A stretch of 64,000 bases of DNA, taken from Paraspadella gotoi (taxonomy: Eukaryota > Animalia > Chaetognatha). The translations under genes were made by a program, and so were the position numbers. The notes under the pieces are model-generated. The model was not told the origin of the DNA, made no database searches, and was given only the letters and a program-made list of their open reading frames with translations. Positions within the stretch are counted from its first letter, which is position 1. Every line of letters begins with the position of its first letter. The stretch spans positions 14,586,414 through 14,650,413 of the forward strand of contig CM119263.1 in the NCBI GenBank assembly GCA_051294375.1, given 5' to 3'. Below are positions 63,878-64,000 of this stretch, piece after piece.

Positions 63878-64000
63878 TCATCGTCCCCCATATCCATATG
63901 GATTAGATCTGCCAGCGTCGGAGCTTCCGCCTTTCATTGGGCCTCCGCCCAGACTCTGCTCATAATTCTGGCCGAAATCCTGCCCGTATCCCTGGGGGTA
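63878..64000 (-). CDS. hnRNP A/B family protein, last coding exon (5' partial)
   Basis: YPQGYGQDFGQNYEQSLGGGPMKGGSSDAGRSNPYGYGGR*, an M9/PY-NLS-like GPMKGG...R...PY motif; too short for the ORF track. Confidence 0.8.
   Translation of the reverse strand, partial: YPQGYGQDFGQNYEQSLGGGPMKGGSSDAGRSNPYGYGGR

Overview
AT-rich animal (invertebrate-like) genomic DNA with short GT-AG introns and two 10-N gaps. Genes reconstructed by hand-splicing: 3' half of a GPI-anchored melanotransferrin (+); NCLX/SLC8B1 (-); a ~34.5 kb CCDC180 gene (-) whose introns host an antisense nested type-I membrane gene and a frameshifted full-length DIRS1-type tyrosine-recombinase retrotransposon; a predicted 126-aa orphan gene absent from the ORF track (+); a kekkon-like LRR-Ig receptor (-); CCT6 (-); and the last coding exon of an hnRNP A/B gene (-). 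The remainder is nested non-autonomous elements (HINE/Helentron-like, MITEs, tRNA-SINEs, a solo LTR) plus several Penelope-type minimal hammerhead motifs. Most unusual: (1) the DIRS internal complementary region lies near the 5' end, inside an apparent intron of gag, rather than at the 3' end; (2) a tandem pair of palindromes with hammerhead motifs on both strands; (3) three consecutive CCT6 introns with sense-strand, G-U-rich helices, one covering the 5' splice site. Alignments and folds were done by eye and need computational confirmation.
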